From positions 1 to 64,000 of the forward strand of contig MEDY01000125.1 of assembly GCA_001724265.1 (NCBI GenBank): DNA of 64,000 bases, given 5' to 3'. The stretch is from Rhizaria sp. SCN 62-66. Lineage: Eukaryota. This document shows, in pieces, positions 51,979 to 63,000 of this stretch. The translations under genes and the position numbers were made by a program. The notes under the pieces are model-generated. The model made no database searches and was not told the DNA's origin. It worked only from the letters and a program-made list of their open reading frames with translations. Position 1 is the first letter of the stretch. The number at the start of each line of letters is the position of its first letter.

Positions 51979-52714
51979 TTACTTTTCGACGGCGTAGGAC
52001 TTCCAGAGGCCGTCGCCCATGCAGTGCATATTGGTGACGCCGCAGCCGCGCTTGCCGGCCTTCATATCGGCCGTGGACATCGCGGTGAGCCCCACGGCGA
52101 TGGGGTGCTCCTTGCCCTCGGCGAAGATCGCCACGGGCTTGCCGGCGTCCAGGTCCTGAAAGATCTTGCCCTTAGGGAAGATGCCCGCGGCCATGATGGG
52201 CGCGGCGTTGAGCACGTATGGAATCGCGCCGACGTCGACCTGGACCTTGGGGCACATCTCAGGGTACTTCTGCAGCATGTGCACCGTGGGCAGGAACGGT
52301 CCATCGTCGTGCTGGAAGAAGATGATCTCGCCCTCGTACACGATGAACTTGACGTGCATCTTGGTCGTGTAGACGTAGAACGGCGACTTCTTGGGGTACA
52401 TGGCCTCGAAGTTGGCCGCGAACGCCGGGTACAGCTCAGCCATCTCCTCGCGCAGCTTGCGCGTGTAGCCTGTCTTCATCGTTTCACGCTTCGCAACGGC
52501 CTCATTCGCGTCGAACGACCTGGACAGGAAGAAGCGTAGGGACGCGGTGTGGCAGGGAAAATGGAAGAGTAAGCAAGGCAGCGAACGGATTCAGAATGAG
52601 CGTGCAGAAAAGAAGTGGCAAGAGACGTATATGTAACATGGAAGTGTGCGTAATAAAAATAGTGCAAATCAAGTAATGAACCTAGCCGTTAACGTACGTC
52701 TTAAAAAGAGACAT
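51979..52714 (-). CDS. MCTS1: MCT-1/Tma20 translation re-initiation factor (Pre-PUA plus PUA), 2 exons, about 185 aa
   Basis: Exons 52714-52698 and 52519-51979; intron GTACGT...CAG. FFQHDDGPFLPTVHMLQKYP, QVDVGAIPYVLNAAPIMAAG, AEGKEHPIAVG, HCMGDGLW. Stop TAA. Confidence 0.92.
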
Positions 52715-53037
52715 GGTTTCTTGGTCGACTTCTCTCGCTCAGAAATCAGCCGTCCTTTTGGCACCTGTCCTCTCGGCCAGCTCGGTCGATCGCAGTGGAC
52801 CGAGACCCACGGTCCCAAGTCAAAGCCTGGAAAGTCCGCCTCGGGAAGCATCGAAATGGACTATATTCACCTGTCAATGCAAAATAACTGTCTTGGTATA
52901 GCAACCTTGTTGGAATTCATATAATGTTTTAATACTTAGAGTCACTCCTCGTCTGCCCTTGTGTTGCACATCACCCATTCTTCCAGCCGCTCACCATCCT
53001 CTTTTCTCCCCACGCCTTGCGCCACGCAGAGACCAGC

Positions 53038-56000
53038 ATGTTTGGTCCCCGGGCAATGCGCACACTTATGCGCACTGCCTCCGCATGCAGCCGCGCGGCT
53101 GCGCCCGCCGCCGAGGCCGTGTCCTCATGCGCGCCCGCGGCGGGCGGCGGCAGCGGCGTCTTCCCCACGCGCCCCCTCGCCGCCTCCAGCACTGGCGCGT
53201 CCTCCGCCACGCTCTCTGCGGCCACGGTGACGGTCCCGTCGCGCGCCATCTCGACGGCGGAGCGCGACTACCTGTACGGCCCCGGCGGCGCGGACCCGAC
53301 GCGGCGGCCCAAGGTGGACGCGCGCATCACTGCGATGCAGGTCATGGGCAGCGAGTCGACCATCCGCGCCGACTCGGCCCCGCTCAACTCGGCGGCCGAG
53401 CGCCGCGTCTCGCAGCGCCTCGACTGGGTGCGCGACCAGCTGCAGAACACGGTCTACTTTGCGTCCTTCACGTCGGAGCAGGTTGAGGACCTGGATGAGG
53501 CCTTCCAGGCCGTGCGCTTCGCGGCTCCGGCGAAGTTGTGGCACGACGTGATGAACATGTGGTACCACTGGGGCGCACACAACCCCGACGGCGACCCCGC
53601 GCTCGCGGCGCAGCGCGTCGACGGCTACTTCCGCGACCTCGTCAACACGACCTCGCAGGGCGTGTGGAAGCTCTCGTGCGACGGCCGCGCCTCGTCGCCG
53701 TACCCCGCCAACATGCTCCGCTTCTCGCTACGCCCCACGCTCAGCACCTTCAACATCGCCATGCGCGCGCACGCCGCGGCCAAGAACCCCGCGCGCGTGC
53801 GCGCCGTGTACGACCTGCTGCTGCAGCTGCGCGGCTCGATTCCGGACCCGGCGGCCGAGCCGGCGCCGACGCAGCCGCCCGGGCCGGAGCTAGAGAAGGA
53901 GCTACTACGCCGGCGCCTCAACGCGCAGCACCGGTCCGACTTGGCGCCCGCCGCGTCCACACACGCGTCGGCCGTGCGCGCCGCGCTGCAGTCGAACGAC
54001 CACGAGTTCATGGACCGGACCGTGGCTCGGCTGGCGACGGTGGACCGCGCGCTGCAGCTGACCGAGGCGGCCCACCTCGACTACATGGAGTCGCTCGCGC
54101 GCCGCGGCATGCACTGGGCTGTCGTCGAGTACATGCGCGTCACCTTCCTCCACCAGCCGCTCCGCCGCGCCCCCGCACACGCACACTTACGCACACAGTC
54201 GCATGACACGGCGGCGTCAGGCACGCCCGGCTACGGCCTCACCACGGCGCTCGTCCCGGCCGACGTGGGCATCGTGGGCGTGGCGCCGGGCGCCAACACG
54301 GCGCTGCCCTCCTGGCTCGTCGCCCCCGCGGACGGCAGCGCGGCGCCCGCGGTGTCGCGCAGCCCGTTCCCGCCCTCGCGCGCGCAGTGGCTGCTGGTCA
54401 TGGAGTCGCTGCAGGCGCTTCACAGCCCCTCGGCGGCCGAGCGCGCCGCCCTCGCGCTGCCGACGGGCTTCCCGCACGCCGCGCGCGCCAAGGCCGAGCG
54501 CCACCACGCGCGCGCGCTGGCGCAGTCGGGCGCGGCCCCGGGCGCCGTGCTGGAGCTGGACGCGGGCGTGCGCCAGTGGCTCTACGGCAAGCTCGCCGCG
54601 CACGGGCTGCCGGTCGAAGCGGCCTTCTACAAGGCGATGCTGCAGCACGCGCCGACGCCCGCGCACGTGGTGTCGTACGTCAACGACCTGCACGCACAGG
54701 CCGACGCGCTCCACGCGCGCGCCACCGCCGAGCCCGCCACCGCGGCCGAGACCGCGGCCGAGGCCGCCGCGCAAGAGGCGCGCCGCAAGCTCGTCGTTGA
54801 CCTCAATACGCCGTCGCGCGACGCCGCGTTCCGGCGCGTCTTCGGCCGATACGCCGACGTCGCCCGCGCGCGCGGCGTGGCGCCGCCGACGTACGAGGTC
54901 GTCCACGAGCGTCTCGTCGACCTGCTCGTGTTCGAGCTCTCGCGCGCCAGCGCCGAGGGCGGCGTCACGTCGCAGGCCCCGCAGCCCGCGGCGCTGCGCG
55001 GAGCGCTGCGCGAGTCGATCCAGGCCTACGCGCAGTACCTTGCCGATAACGTCCGCAAGCCCGGCGACCCTGCGAGCAATACTACTACTGCTGCTGCTGC
55101 TGATGCTGCTGATGCTGCTGGTAGCGCCGTGGTGTCGGTGGCGGACGCGCGCGCCGGCGCCCCCGCGACGGTGTCTGGCGTGTCCGTGCGCGCGCCCGCC
55201 GTGCCACACAAGGCAATCGAGCGCATCCTGTCGCGCTCGGGCGCCACGGCGGCGCTGCTCTCTCTCGCGGGCTCCCCGGCCGCGGCACAGCTGCTCGAGC
55301 ACGTCATGGAGGTGCGCAAGTGCATCACAGCCTACGGCGTTGCGACCACGTCCGACACCAACACGGCCTACATCCGCGCGCTCGTGCTGGCGTCGCGGCG
55401 CGGCGAGGCGCTGCCGCCACTGGCCGTCAACACGGCGACGTCGGTCGTGCCCGTCGTGGTCGCCCCCGTGCGCGTACGCGTGCGCGCAGCCGTCGAGGGC
55501 GAAGAGCGCGAGCGCGTGCTGGCCTCAGTGCGCGACCGTGTGCAGTTCGCCCACTCGAACATCGTGCGCCGCCACGCGCAGCTGCAGCTCGTCGCCGATG
55601 AGGCCGAAATGCTCGAGGCCGCCGGCGCGACCTTGGACCTCCAGCTCGACTGCGAGCTCATCGAGGCGCTCGCCGAGCTGGGCACCGACGCCGCGCTGCT
55701 GCGCGGCCCCTTCGACGCGCCCGCGCGGGCCCCCGGCGCGAGCGCCGCCGAGGCGAACCCAGACGCCGTGGAGGACGTCGAGGCGGCGGCGCTGCTGGCG
55801 ACGGCCGACACGCTGCGCGCGTGGACCACGGACATGCTGCGCGCGACCATGACGCGCCTCGTCTCGCGCGCGCTCGTGGCGCCCGCCGCAGACCTGCAGC
55901 ACGTGTCGCTGCTGGGCAAAGACGGCGCCGCGACAGTGGCGACCTACCTGCCCCTGCTGCGCGTGCTGGCGGCGCACGGCGCGTACGAGGAGCTTCTGCA

Positions 56001-59000
56001 GGCCGTGGCGGCCGTGCACGAGCGCCGCGGACTTGTCCCCACACAGGAGGTCTTCAACCTCATGACCATTGCGTGCATCAACGGCAACGCGCCGGGCCGC
56101 GCGCTGCGCGTGCTGGACCTGATGGCGCTCATGACGCGCCCGGGGCAGCTCGCCGCGCGCGGGATCGACTCGGCGGAGCTCTCGCGCGCCATCACGGCGG
56201 GCAACACGGCCGACCTGGTCGCCGACAAGCTCACCGCCGTCTCCGAGGTCTTCCCCGACGAAGTTGCGCTGTCGCTGCTGTTGCGCGCGCTGCACCAGAA
56301 GGGGCTGCTGCAGCACGCCGAGGAGCTGTGGCGCCGTCTCGCGCACCGCCCGCCGTCGTCGTGGACGTCGTACTCGGCCGTGGAGGAGCAGCAGGCGCTG
56401 GCCGAGGCGCTGGCCGAGCATGAGGAGCGAGAGCTGCGCGACGTGGCTTTCGATGACGGCGCCGAGGCGCTGCTGCTCGCGGCCTCGGCCTCAGCCAGCG
56501 AGGGCGAGTACGACGACGCATACAACCCCGCCAAGAACCCCGTGATCCGGAAGCTGCAGACCATCACGCCCGCCGCGCTGCAGCGCCCGCTGGCGTCGCT
56601 GCTGCCCGAGGGCGCGCGCCGCGCGCTGCCGGCGGGCACGCAGCTGCTGCTGGACGCGCCGGCCGACGCGGCGATGGCGCAGACGTTCATCCAGCTGGGC
56701 CACCCCATGCACGCGCTGCAGCTGTACCTGGACGCGCGCGCGGGCATGCCGCAGCGCCCGCTGCCCGACCCCACCGCGGGCGCGCTCGCGGGCCGCAACG
56801 GCTCGGCGCGCGCGGGCGCAGCGGCCAAGCTCAAGGAGCTCGACCCCGAAAGCACGCTGCGCACGCTCGTGCCGAACACGAACTTGCACACGACCTTCAC
56901 GCACACGAGCTTCGGTGACAAGGTCCGCGGCGCCGCCGTTGGCGAGAGCGCGGCCCGGTCGTCCGGTGACGCGGACATGGCCGGCGTGGCCGAAGTGCTG
57001 GCGGGCGGCAGCGGAACTGGCGAGGACCCGTTGGAGCAGCTCTACGCCAAGGACAGCAACGCGCTGATCGACGTGTCGCGCATGCTGCCATCACTGCGCC
57101 GCGTGCCGCTGCCGCGCGAGCGCGAGTCGCGCCGCCTCAGCGCGCTGCTCGAGTCCTCGGCCGCGGCGCGCCGCGTGCGGCCGCGCGGGCACGACGTCTC
57201 CGGGCTGGAGGCTGACAGCGCCGCGGAGGGCGCCGGTGACAGCCACCCGCTGCTCAACTACTACTGGCCTCAAGCGGACCTGCTGGCGGCCGTGGTGCTC
57301 TACTACCAGCGGACCGCGCGCGGCACCGTCACGCGCGCCATGGCACAACTGCAGGCCGGCGCGGCCGCCGTGGCCTCCGCGGCGACCGATGGGTTGGGCG
57401 CGGCCGCGGCCGAGACAGCCGAGGCGGACGAGCTTCTGCTGAGCACCGAGGTGGCCAAGGCGACGCTGCAGCAGGCCGAGGCCGTGGTGGCGCTCTCGCA
57501 GCGTGCCATGACCGAGCTGCGCGACTTCGCGCTGGCGCACCCCTACGTGCTAGGCGACGCCGTGACGGATATGCTCTACGCGACGCCACGCCCCGGCAGC
57601 ATCGAGGCCGACATGCAGACGTGCGTCTTCTCGCGGCCCGCGCTCTTGGTGCCCTACGTCGACGCCACGGCCGAACTCTACCGCACGCTCGACGAGCTCG
57701 CGCTCGCCGCCGTCGCCATGGAGGAGTCGCTCTTTAAGGCGCGCGCCGCCAAGCACTCGGTCTTCGGCCTGCGCCGCTGGCTGGCCATCTTCCCGGCCGT
57801 GGCCAACCAGGCGCGCGCGCTGCTGTCGGCGCACTCGCGCAAGGAGTGGATCCAGGGCAACGTCGACCGCCTGCGGCGCCAGATCGACGCCTCGATCCGC
57901 CAGAGTCTGCGCGCGCGCCGCGACGCGCTCAAGCTGGCCGCGCACGAGCGTGCGCTGCTGTCGGTGCCCAAGAGCGACGCAGACAGCTCCTGGGTCGCGC
58001 GCTTCTCGCAGTTCCTCGGCGTCCAGGACGCCGACGCTATCGCGGACATCTTCCTCCCCGCCGAGCCCGCGTCGACCACTCTGGCGAGCGCCGCCGCGCA
58101 GACCGAGCATGGCGCTACCGCTTCGAGCGCTGCTGCTGCTGCTGCTCCGAGTGCCAGTGAAGCTGAGGCGAGTGCGAGTGCGGCGCCTGCGGAGCCCGAG
58201 GTGGACCCGCTGGCCGCGCTCATGGCGAGCCTCACCGCAGCCAACGCACCCACCAGCGCGCTCACGGCCGCGCACGACGTCTGGACCGCCTCCTCCACCG
58301 GCGCCGGCGCCAACGCGGCCACTGGCAAGACCGCGAACAAGAGCGCGGGCGCGGGCGCGGGCGCGGAGGGCGGACGCGTGTGGAACCCGCTGGGCCCCGG
58401 CGAGCTGCCGATCCCGCTGGCGGACCAGGCCGTGTCGGCGTCGGTGGTGGCGCACGTGGCCCGCATCGTGTCGAAGCAGAAGCGCGCGCGCGAGGATGCC
58501 CGCGTGCGGACCTCGCTGACTGAGTACGACGAGCCGACGCAGGCGGCGCTCTTCATGGACGTGCGCGAGCCGTCGGTGCTGCTGCAGCCGCTGCGCGCGG
58601 AGGGCGTGTTCCACTCGCCCTACGGCCCCGAGGGCAAGGGCGGACTCCTCGCCGGCCAGGGCATGCCCTACGCGCGCGCCAGCGAGGCCGAGACGCGCCG
58701 CCGCGCCGCCAACGCGGTGACGGACCCGGCCGCCGTGCGGACCGCGGGCGCCTCGGCGGGCGGCATGTACGTCGAGGAGCGCGTGCCGACCGAGACTTCG
58801 CCGCTGACGGCCGACGTGGATCCGCGGCCCGTCTTCTCGGAGCAGCAGCTCAGCGCGCTGGGCAAGTACAAGTCTGGCCGCCTTGCCAAGGAGGTCGACC
58901 TGCGCCCCACGCCCAGCTTCCACATCTCGGACCTCAAGCTGGGCCAGACGGGCGCGGCGCGGGCCGTCTCGGAGCAGGACCTGGAACGTCTGCTGCTCGA

Positions 59001-59616
59001 GGGCGACGCGCAGGGGCTTGAGGTCCGCGCCGACAAACCGCTCCGCGGGGCGCGCAACTACCGCGACCAGGACGACGGCGACGACGGCAGTGCGGGCAAC
59101 AGCAAGGAGCGCGTGATGGCGTTCGAGGAGCGTCGCAAGACAGGCGTGCAGGCCTTTCGCGAGCGCACACCGGGCCGCGCGCTGGCCAAGCAGGTGGCCG
59201 AGGACACGCGCTCACGCATGGTCGAGGAATACCAGGCCGCCGCGCAGCAGTCGGCCGGCGCGGTGCAATGGGAGCGAGGGCTGGGCGCGCGAGGCGGGCT
59301 CGAGGCCGAAGAGCGCGAGCGTGTTAGCCGCACTGGCGCAACGCGCGACGGCCAGGCGCGGGACCGCGGGTACAACCCGGTGAACCCGTTCGGCAACGAC
59401 AAGTCGCTCAACTCGCTTGTGCACGAGATGCGCGGCGCAGGCAAGAAGCACTCGCCCGCGCGCGGCAACGGCAAGCTCAGTGGCACGGGCGGGTTCAACG
59501 ACGCCTGGGCCTCGGCCGCGCCGTCGGCCGCCTTCGAGCAGATCAAACAGCCCATGTCCAAGGTGATGCGTGTCAAGGAGAAGCTCGAGCGCAAGCAGCG
59601 CCGCTCCAGCTACTAA
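53038..59616 (+). CDS. Very large pentatricopeptide-repeat (PPR)-like protein, probably mitochondrial, about 2192 aa
   Basis: Intronless ORF. The Arg/Ala/Ser-rich N-terminus (MFGPRAMRTLMRTASACSR) resembles a presequence. PPR-like motifs PTLSTFNIAMRAHAAAKNPARVRAVYDLL, PTQEVFNLMTIACINGNAPGRALRVLDLM, PDEVALSLLLRALHQKGLLQHAEELWRRL. Stop TAA. Confidence 0.75.
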   Translation: MFGPRAMRTLMRTASACSRAAAPAAEAVSSCAPAAGGGSGVFPTRPLAASSTGASSATLSAATVTVPSRAISTAERDYLYGPGGADPTRRPKVDARITAMQVMGSESTIRADSAPLNSAAERRVSQRLDWVRDQLQNTVYFASFTSEQVEDLDEAFQAVRFAAPAKLWHDVMNMWYHWGAHNPDGDPALAAQRVDGYFRDLVNTTSQGVWKLSCDGRASSPYPANMLRFSLRPTLSTFNIAMRAHAAAKNPARVRAVYDLLLQLRGSIPDPAAEPAPTQPPGPELEKELLRRRLNAQHRSDLAPAASTHASAVRAALQSNDHEFMDRTVARLATVDRALQLTEAAHLDYMESLARRGMHWAVVEYMRVTFLHQPLRRAPAHAHLRTQSHDTAASGTPGYGLTTALVPADVGIVGVAPGANTALPSWLVAPADGSAAPAVSRSPFPPSRAQWLLVMESLQALHSPSAAERAALALPTGFPHAARAKAERHHARALAQSGAAPGAVLELDAGVRQWLYGKLAAHGLPVEAAFYKAMLQHAPTPAHVVSYVNDLHAQADALHARATAEPATAAETAAEAAAQEARRKLVVDLNTPSRDAAFRRVFGRYADVARARGVAPPTYEVVHERLVDLLVFELSRASAEGGVTSQAPQPAALRGALRESIQAYAQYLADNVRKPGDPASNTTTAAAADAADAAGSAVVSVADARAGAPATVSGVSVRAPAVPHKAIERILSRSGATAALLSLAGSPAAAQLLEHVMEVRKCITAYGVATTSDTNTAYIRALVLASRRGEALPPLAVNTATSVVPVVVAPVRVRVRAAVEGEERERVLASVRDRVQFAHSNIVRRHAQLQLVADEAEMLEAAGATLDLQLDCELIEALAELGTDAALLRGPFDAPARAPGASAAEANPDAVEDVEAAALLATADTLRAWTTDMLRATMTRLVSRALVAPAADLQHVSLLGKDGAATVATYLPLLRVLAAHGAYEELLQAVAAVHERRGLVPTQEVFNLMTIACINGNAPGRALRVLDLMALMTRPGQLAARGIDSAELSRAITAGNTADLVADKLTAVSEVFPDEVALSLLLRALHQKGLLQHAEELWRRLAHRPPSSWTSYSAVEEQQALAEALAEHEERELRDVAFDDGAEALLLAASASASEGEYDDAYNPAKNPVIRKLQTITPAALQRPLASLLPEGARRALPAGTQLLLDAPADAAMAQTFIQLGHPMHALQLYLDARAGMPQRPLPDPTAGALAGRNGSARAGAAAKLKELDPESTLRTLVPNTNLHTTFTHTSFGDKVRGAAVGESAARSSGDADMAGVAEVLAGGSGTGEDPLEQLYAKDSNALIDVSRMLPSLRRVPLPRERESRRLSALLESSAAARRVRPRGHDVSGLEADSAAEGAGDSHPLLNYYWPQADLLAAVVLYYQRTARGTVTRAMAQLQAGAAAVASAATDGLGAAAAETAEADELLLSTEVAKATLQQAEAVVALSQRAMTELRDFALAHPYVLGDAVTDMLYATPRPGSIEADMQTCVFSRPALLVPYVDATAELYRTLDELALAAVAMEESLFKARAAKHSVFGLRRWLAIFPAVANQARALLSAHSRKEWIQGNVDRLRRQIDASIRQSLRARRDALKLAAHERALLSVPKSDADSSWVARFSQFLGVQDADAIADIFLPAEPASTTLASAAAQTEHGATASSAAAAAAPSASEAEASASAAPAEPEVDPLAALMASLTAANAPTSALTAAHDVWTASSTGAGANAATGKTANKSAGAGAGAEGGRVWNPLGPGELPIPLADQAVSASVVAHVARIVSKQKRAREDARVRTSLTEYDEPTQAALFMDVREPSVLLQPLRAEGVFHSPYGPEGKGGLLAGQGMPYARASEAETRRRAANAVTDPAAVRTAGASAGGMYVEERVPTETSPLTADVDPRPVFSEQQLSALGKYKSGRLAKEVDLRPTPSFHISDLKLGQTGAARAVSEQDLERLLLEGDAQGLEVRADKPLRGARNYRDQDDGDDGSAGNSKERVMAFEERRKTGVQAFRERTPGRALAKQVAEDTRSRMVEEYQAAAQQSAGAVQWERGLGARGGLEAEERERVSRTGATRDGQARDRGYNPVNPFGNDKSLNSLVHEMRGAGKKHSPARGNGKLSGTGGFNDAWASAAPSAAFEQIKQPMSKVMRVKEKLERKQRRSSY

Positions 59617-60068
59617 GCGAGATCATCTCAGAGTCAGTAATGCGAGACTTACTGTGTAAGTGAGTTAACTGCTGAGCCTTGATTACTTGCTTTAAAGCAA
59701 AAGGAAACATGTTCGGTGGGTGATTTGCAAGCAGAATATGTATTTATTAATGTGTGTATGCGTCGTTTTCTTTCATAATACCCAATTAGATGGCAAGAGA
59801 TCACTAATATCAGTCTAGGAAACATCAATACATTTCATAACTCTTAATCATAACGATAGAAATTAGCATTGTTGTATTCGGAAATCGAAGCATTCATCGG
59901 TGTCACAAGACACATTCCGGCCTGCCACTAACATAACAGGTCAACTCATAAGTCTAATAATAAATCTAGGTATCATTTCACAACGCGCGCAATCGTAAAC
60001 TTCACCAGCAGTCTGTTACACACTGTAACAACACCTGCAGTAAAGAAACAGCGCTTAATCTCGCTTTC

Positions 60069-63000
60069 TCAGAGATGATCGTCAAACTGCGCGAACCCGC
60101 CCTTGTGAACGGCACCGCCGCCGCCGCCGCCCGCCGCGTAGAGCGCGTACGGGTCGTCATCGAGGTCGGTGTCCGTCGCACCGCCGCCGCCGCCGCCGCC
60201 GCCGCCGTTGAAGCGCTGATGCTGCTTGCGCGCGTGCTGCTGCTGCAACTGCTGCTGAGACAGGCCCTTGCCCGCGCCCGCCGCCGCAGCCTTGCCAGCC
60301 GCGCCTGCAGCATCAGCCGCGCCCGCGCTCGAGCCAGCGCCCGCACTGCCGGCCGCGGCCGCGGGCGCCGTGCCGACGGCGACCTTGGCGGGCGCGCGGC
60401 GCGTCTGCTCGGCCAGGTCGCGGCGGTAGCGGAAGACTTCGGTCAGCACGGCCGTAATCATGCCCGTCACCGAGGCGATGGGGAAGCGGTAGTAGTTGCT
60501 CTGCTGCAGCGCGAGGTCCATGTGGCCACGCGTGCGGTTGCCGCCGTCGACGACGCCGAAGGTGTAGCCGAAGTACAGCCCACCCATTAGCGCGGCAAAG
60601 CACATGAAGCGCATCTCGTCCAGCGAGTGCGAGAATGGCATCTCGGTGCCGGCACCGGCCTTGAGCACGCGCGACAGCGCCAGCGGCGAGCCCGCGGCCG
60701 CAGCGGCGCGTGAGCGGGACGTGGCGAGCCGGCGGGAGGACGCGGAGGCGAAGGCCGAGGGGGCGGTGGGGGCCGAATACCAGCGCGAGCGCGCCGCGGC
60801 GTCGGCGTCCTGCTCGAGCGCGGCGGTGCGGATTTTGTAGATGAGGCGCTGTGACACGTAGCCGATCTCGAGCGCGACGAAGACGATGCAGAAGGACAAC
60901 GAGCCGGCGAGCAGGAAGAAGGTGGGGATGCGCAGCGCCGTGGCCAGCGTCAGCAGCGGGACGTGGTGCAGCGACATGCACAGCGCGCTCGCCAGCGTCA
61001 GCGCCACGGAGAAGAGCGTCAGGATGGCCGTCAGCGTGCAGCAGCCGGTGCGGCGCAGCTCGCGCGCCGTGATGGCCGGCACGGGCGCGGCGGGCACGAG
61101 CGAGCGCGCGCCGCCGCCCGGGGAGCGCACGACCTGCATCGGCACCGCCGAGCCGCGCGGGACGCCCTCCAGCGCACCGGTCATCGCGCCCGCTGCGGGG
61201 ACGGCGTCGAGCGCGGCGAGCGCGGAGGGCGGCGCGGCGGGGTCGTACAGCGAAGACAGCCCGATACGCGCCTTGTGGCCGCGAGAGGCCTTGCCACCGC
61301 CGCCGTGGCCGTGGCCGAGCAGCCCGGCCTCCTCGCGGCCGGCCGCGGCCGTGGACGCGGCGTAGCCGGCGTAGTCGTCGTCGTCGTCGTCCGAGCCCGA
61401 GGCGGCGTCCAGGTCGCGGAAGAAGGGGATGTGGTCGCGCGAGCCCGCGGCGCGCGAGGCCGCGGCGGCGAGCTGCATGCGCCGCACAACGCCGCGGCTC
61501 CAGGCGACAAAGACGCCGATGATGAGGTAGAGTAGCGCGAAGACGTAGGAGAACTGGCGCGAGAGCGTGACTTCGACGAGGACGTTGTTGATGCACACGG
61601 CGATGCAGATAGAGCAGAGCGCGCCCACGCACGCGTTGTGCACGCACGAGGTGAGGAAGATGACCCAGCCGGGCAACTCGTGTGCGTGCTTGGTCGCGTA
61701 GTGCTTGACGACGTAGGTGGTGAAGAAGCCGATGATGAGGAGCCCAAAGAAGAAGTCCCACACCAGGTACGCGTCGCCGTCGAGCGGGCACTCCTCGGCG
61801 TGCACGACGATCGAGTCAACGTCAGGGCAGATTGAAAACCACGGGTCGTCTTCGTCGGTCTCGGTCGCGCTCGTGGTGCCCTCGCCGCCGCCGCCGCCGC
61901 TGCCGCCGCCGCCGCCCGCGCCGCCGGAGCCGGAGCCCGAGACGGAGCCTGTGACGGTGCTCTTGACGGTGCTGATGAGGCTGGCCACGCCGGACGACAC
62001 CATGCCGCCCGCGCCGCCGCCGCTCTTGCCGCTGCCGCTGCCGCTGCCGTTCTTGCCGCCAGCCGCGCCGCCGTGGTCACTGTTGCCAGAGCCAGCGCCG
62101 GCGCCCGCAGCGGCAATGCCACCGGCGCCCGCGCCCTTGCCAGCGCCAGCGCCAACGCCAGCGGTGTCGCTCCTGCCGGCGCCCTTGCCTTCGCCGCTGT
62201 CGCCGCCCGCCGCGCCGGCGACGGCGGCCGAGTCGGCGCCTGCGCCCGCGCCCGCGCCCGCGCCGGGCTTGGCAGGCTTGCCATTGGCGCCTGTGGGGGT
62301 CTTGAGCTTGTTCGCCTTGCCCTTGTGGCGGCCGAAGTTGGCGATCGTATCCGCGTCGGGCTCCGTCTCGGGCACGCCCGCAGCGGCGGCCTTGGCGGCG
62401 GCCGCGGCCGCGTTAGTCGCCGCCGCCGCCTTGGCCGCAGCAGCCTCGCCCTCAGCAGCAGCAGCAGGAGTGCCGCTGCCCGCGTGGCCGCCGCTCGCGT
62501 TGGTGGCGTCGCGGGCCTCGATCTGCGTAGCCATCTCGGCGAAGACGGAGAAGAGGTGCCGGTCGAGCCCCATGCCAAACTCCATGCCCATGCGGTGCGG
62601 GCGACGCATCGCGCGGTACGTCGCCGCGGCCGCCGCAGAGCCCACTAGCGCGCCCGGGATGCAGCGCCGCGTCGACGGGCACCAGCGGCAGTCGTGCGCG
62701 GCCGACACGCACGCGCCGCAGCCCTTGGCCGAGGCCAGCACGCAGGTCCGAGCCGAGAGCGTCGTGTCGACAATGCAGCTGGGACCGAAAAAACCCGGGT
62801 CGCACTTATCCTGCGCGCGCGCCACCGCCGTGCTGCCGCCGCGGGCGCCGGCGGCGGAGCCCGCGCTGGCACCCGCGGCGCTCGCGTCGGCGCCCGCGGC
62901 CGCGGCCTCAACCGCGGCGTCGGTCCCGCTGGCGAGCACCACGCCCGCCGCGGCGGCGTCGGTGCCCGCGGCCGCACTGCCCGCCGTCGCCGTCGTGTCC

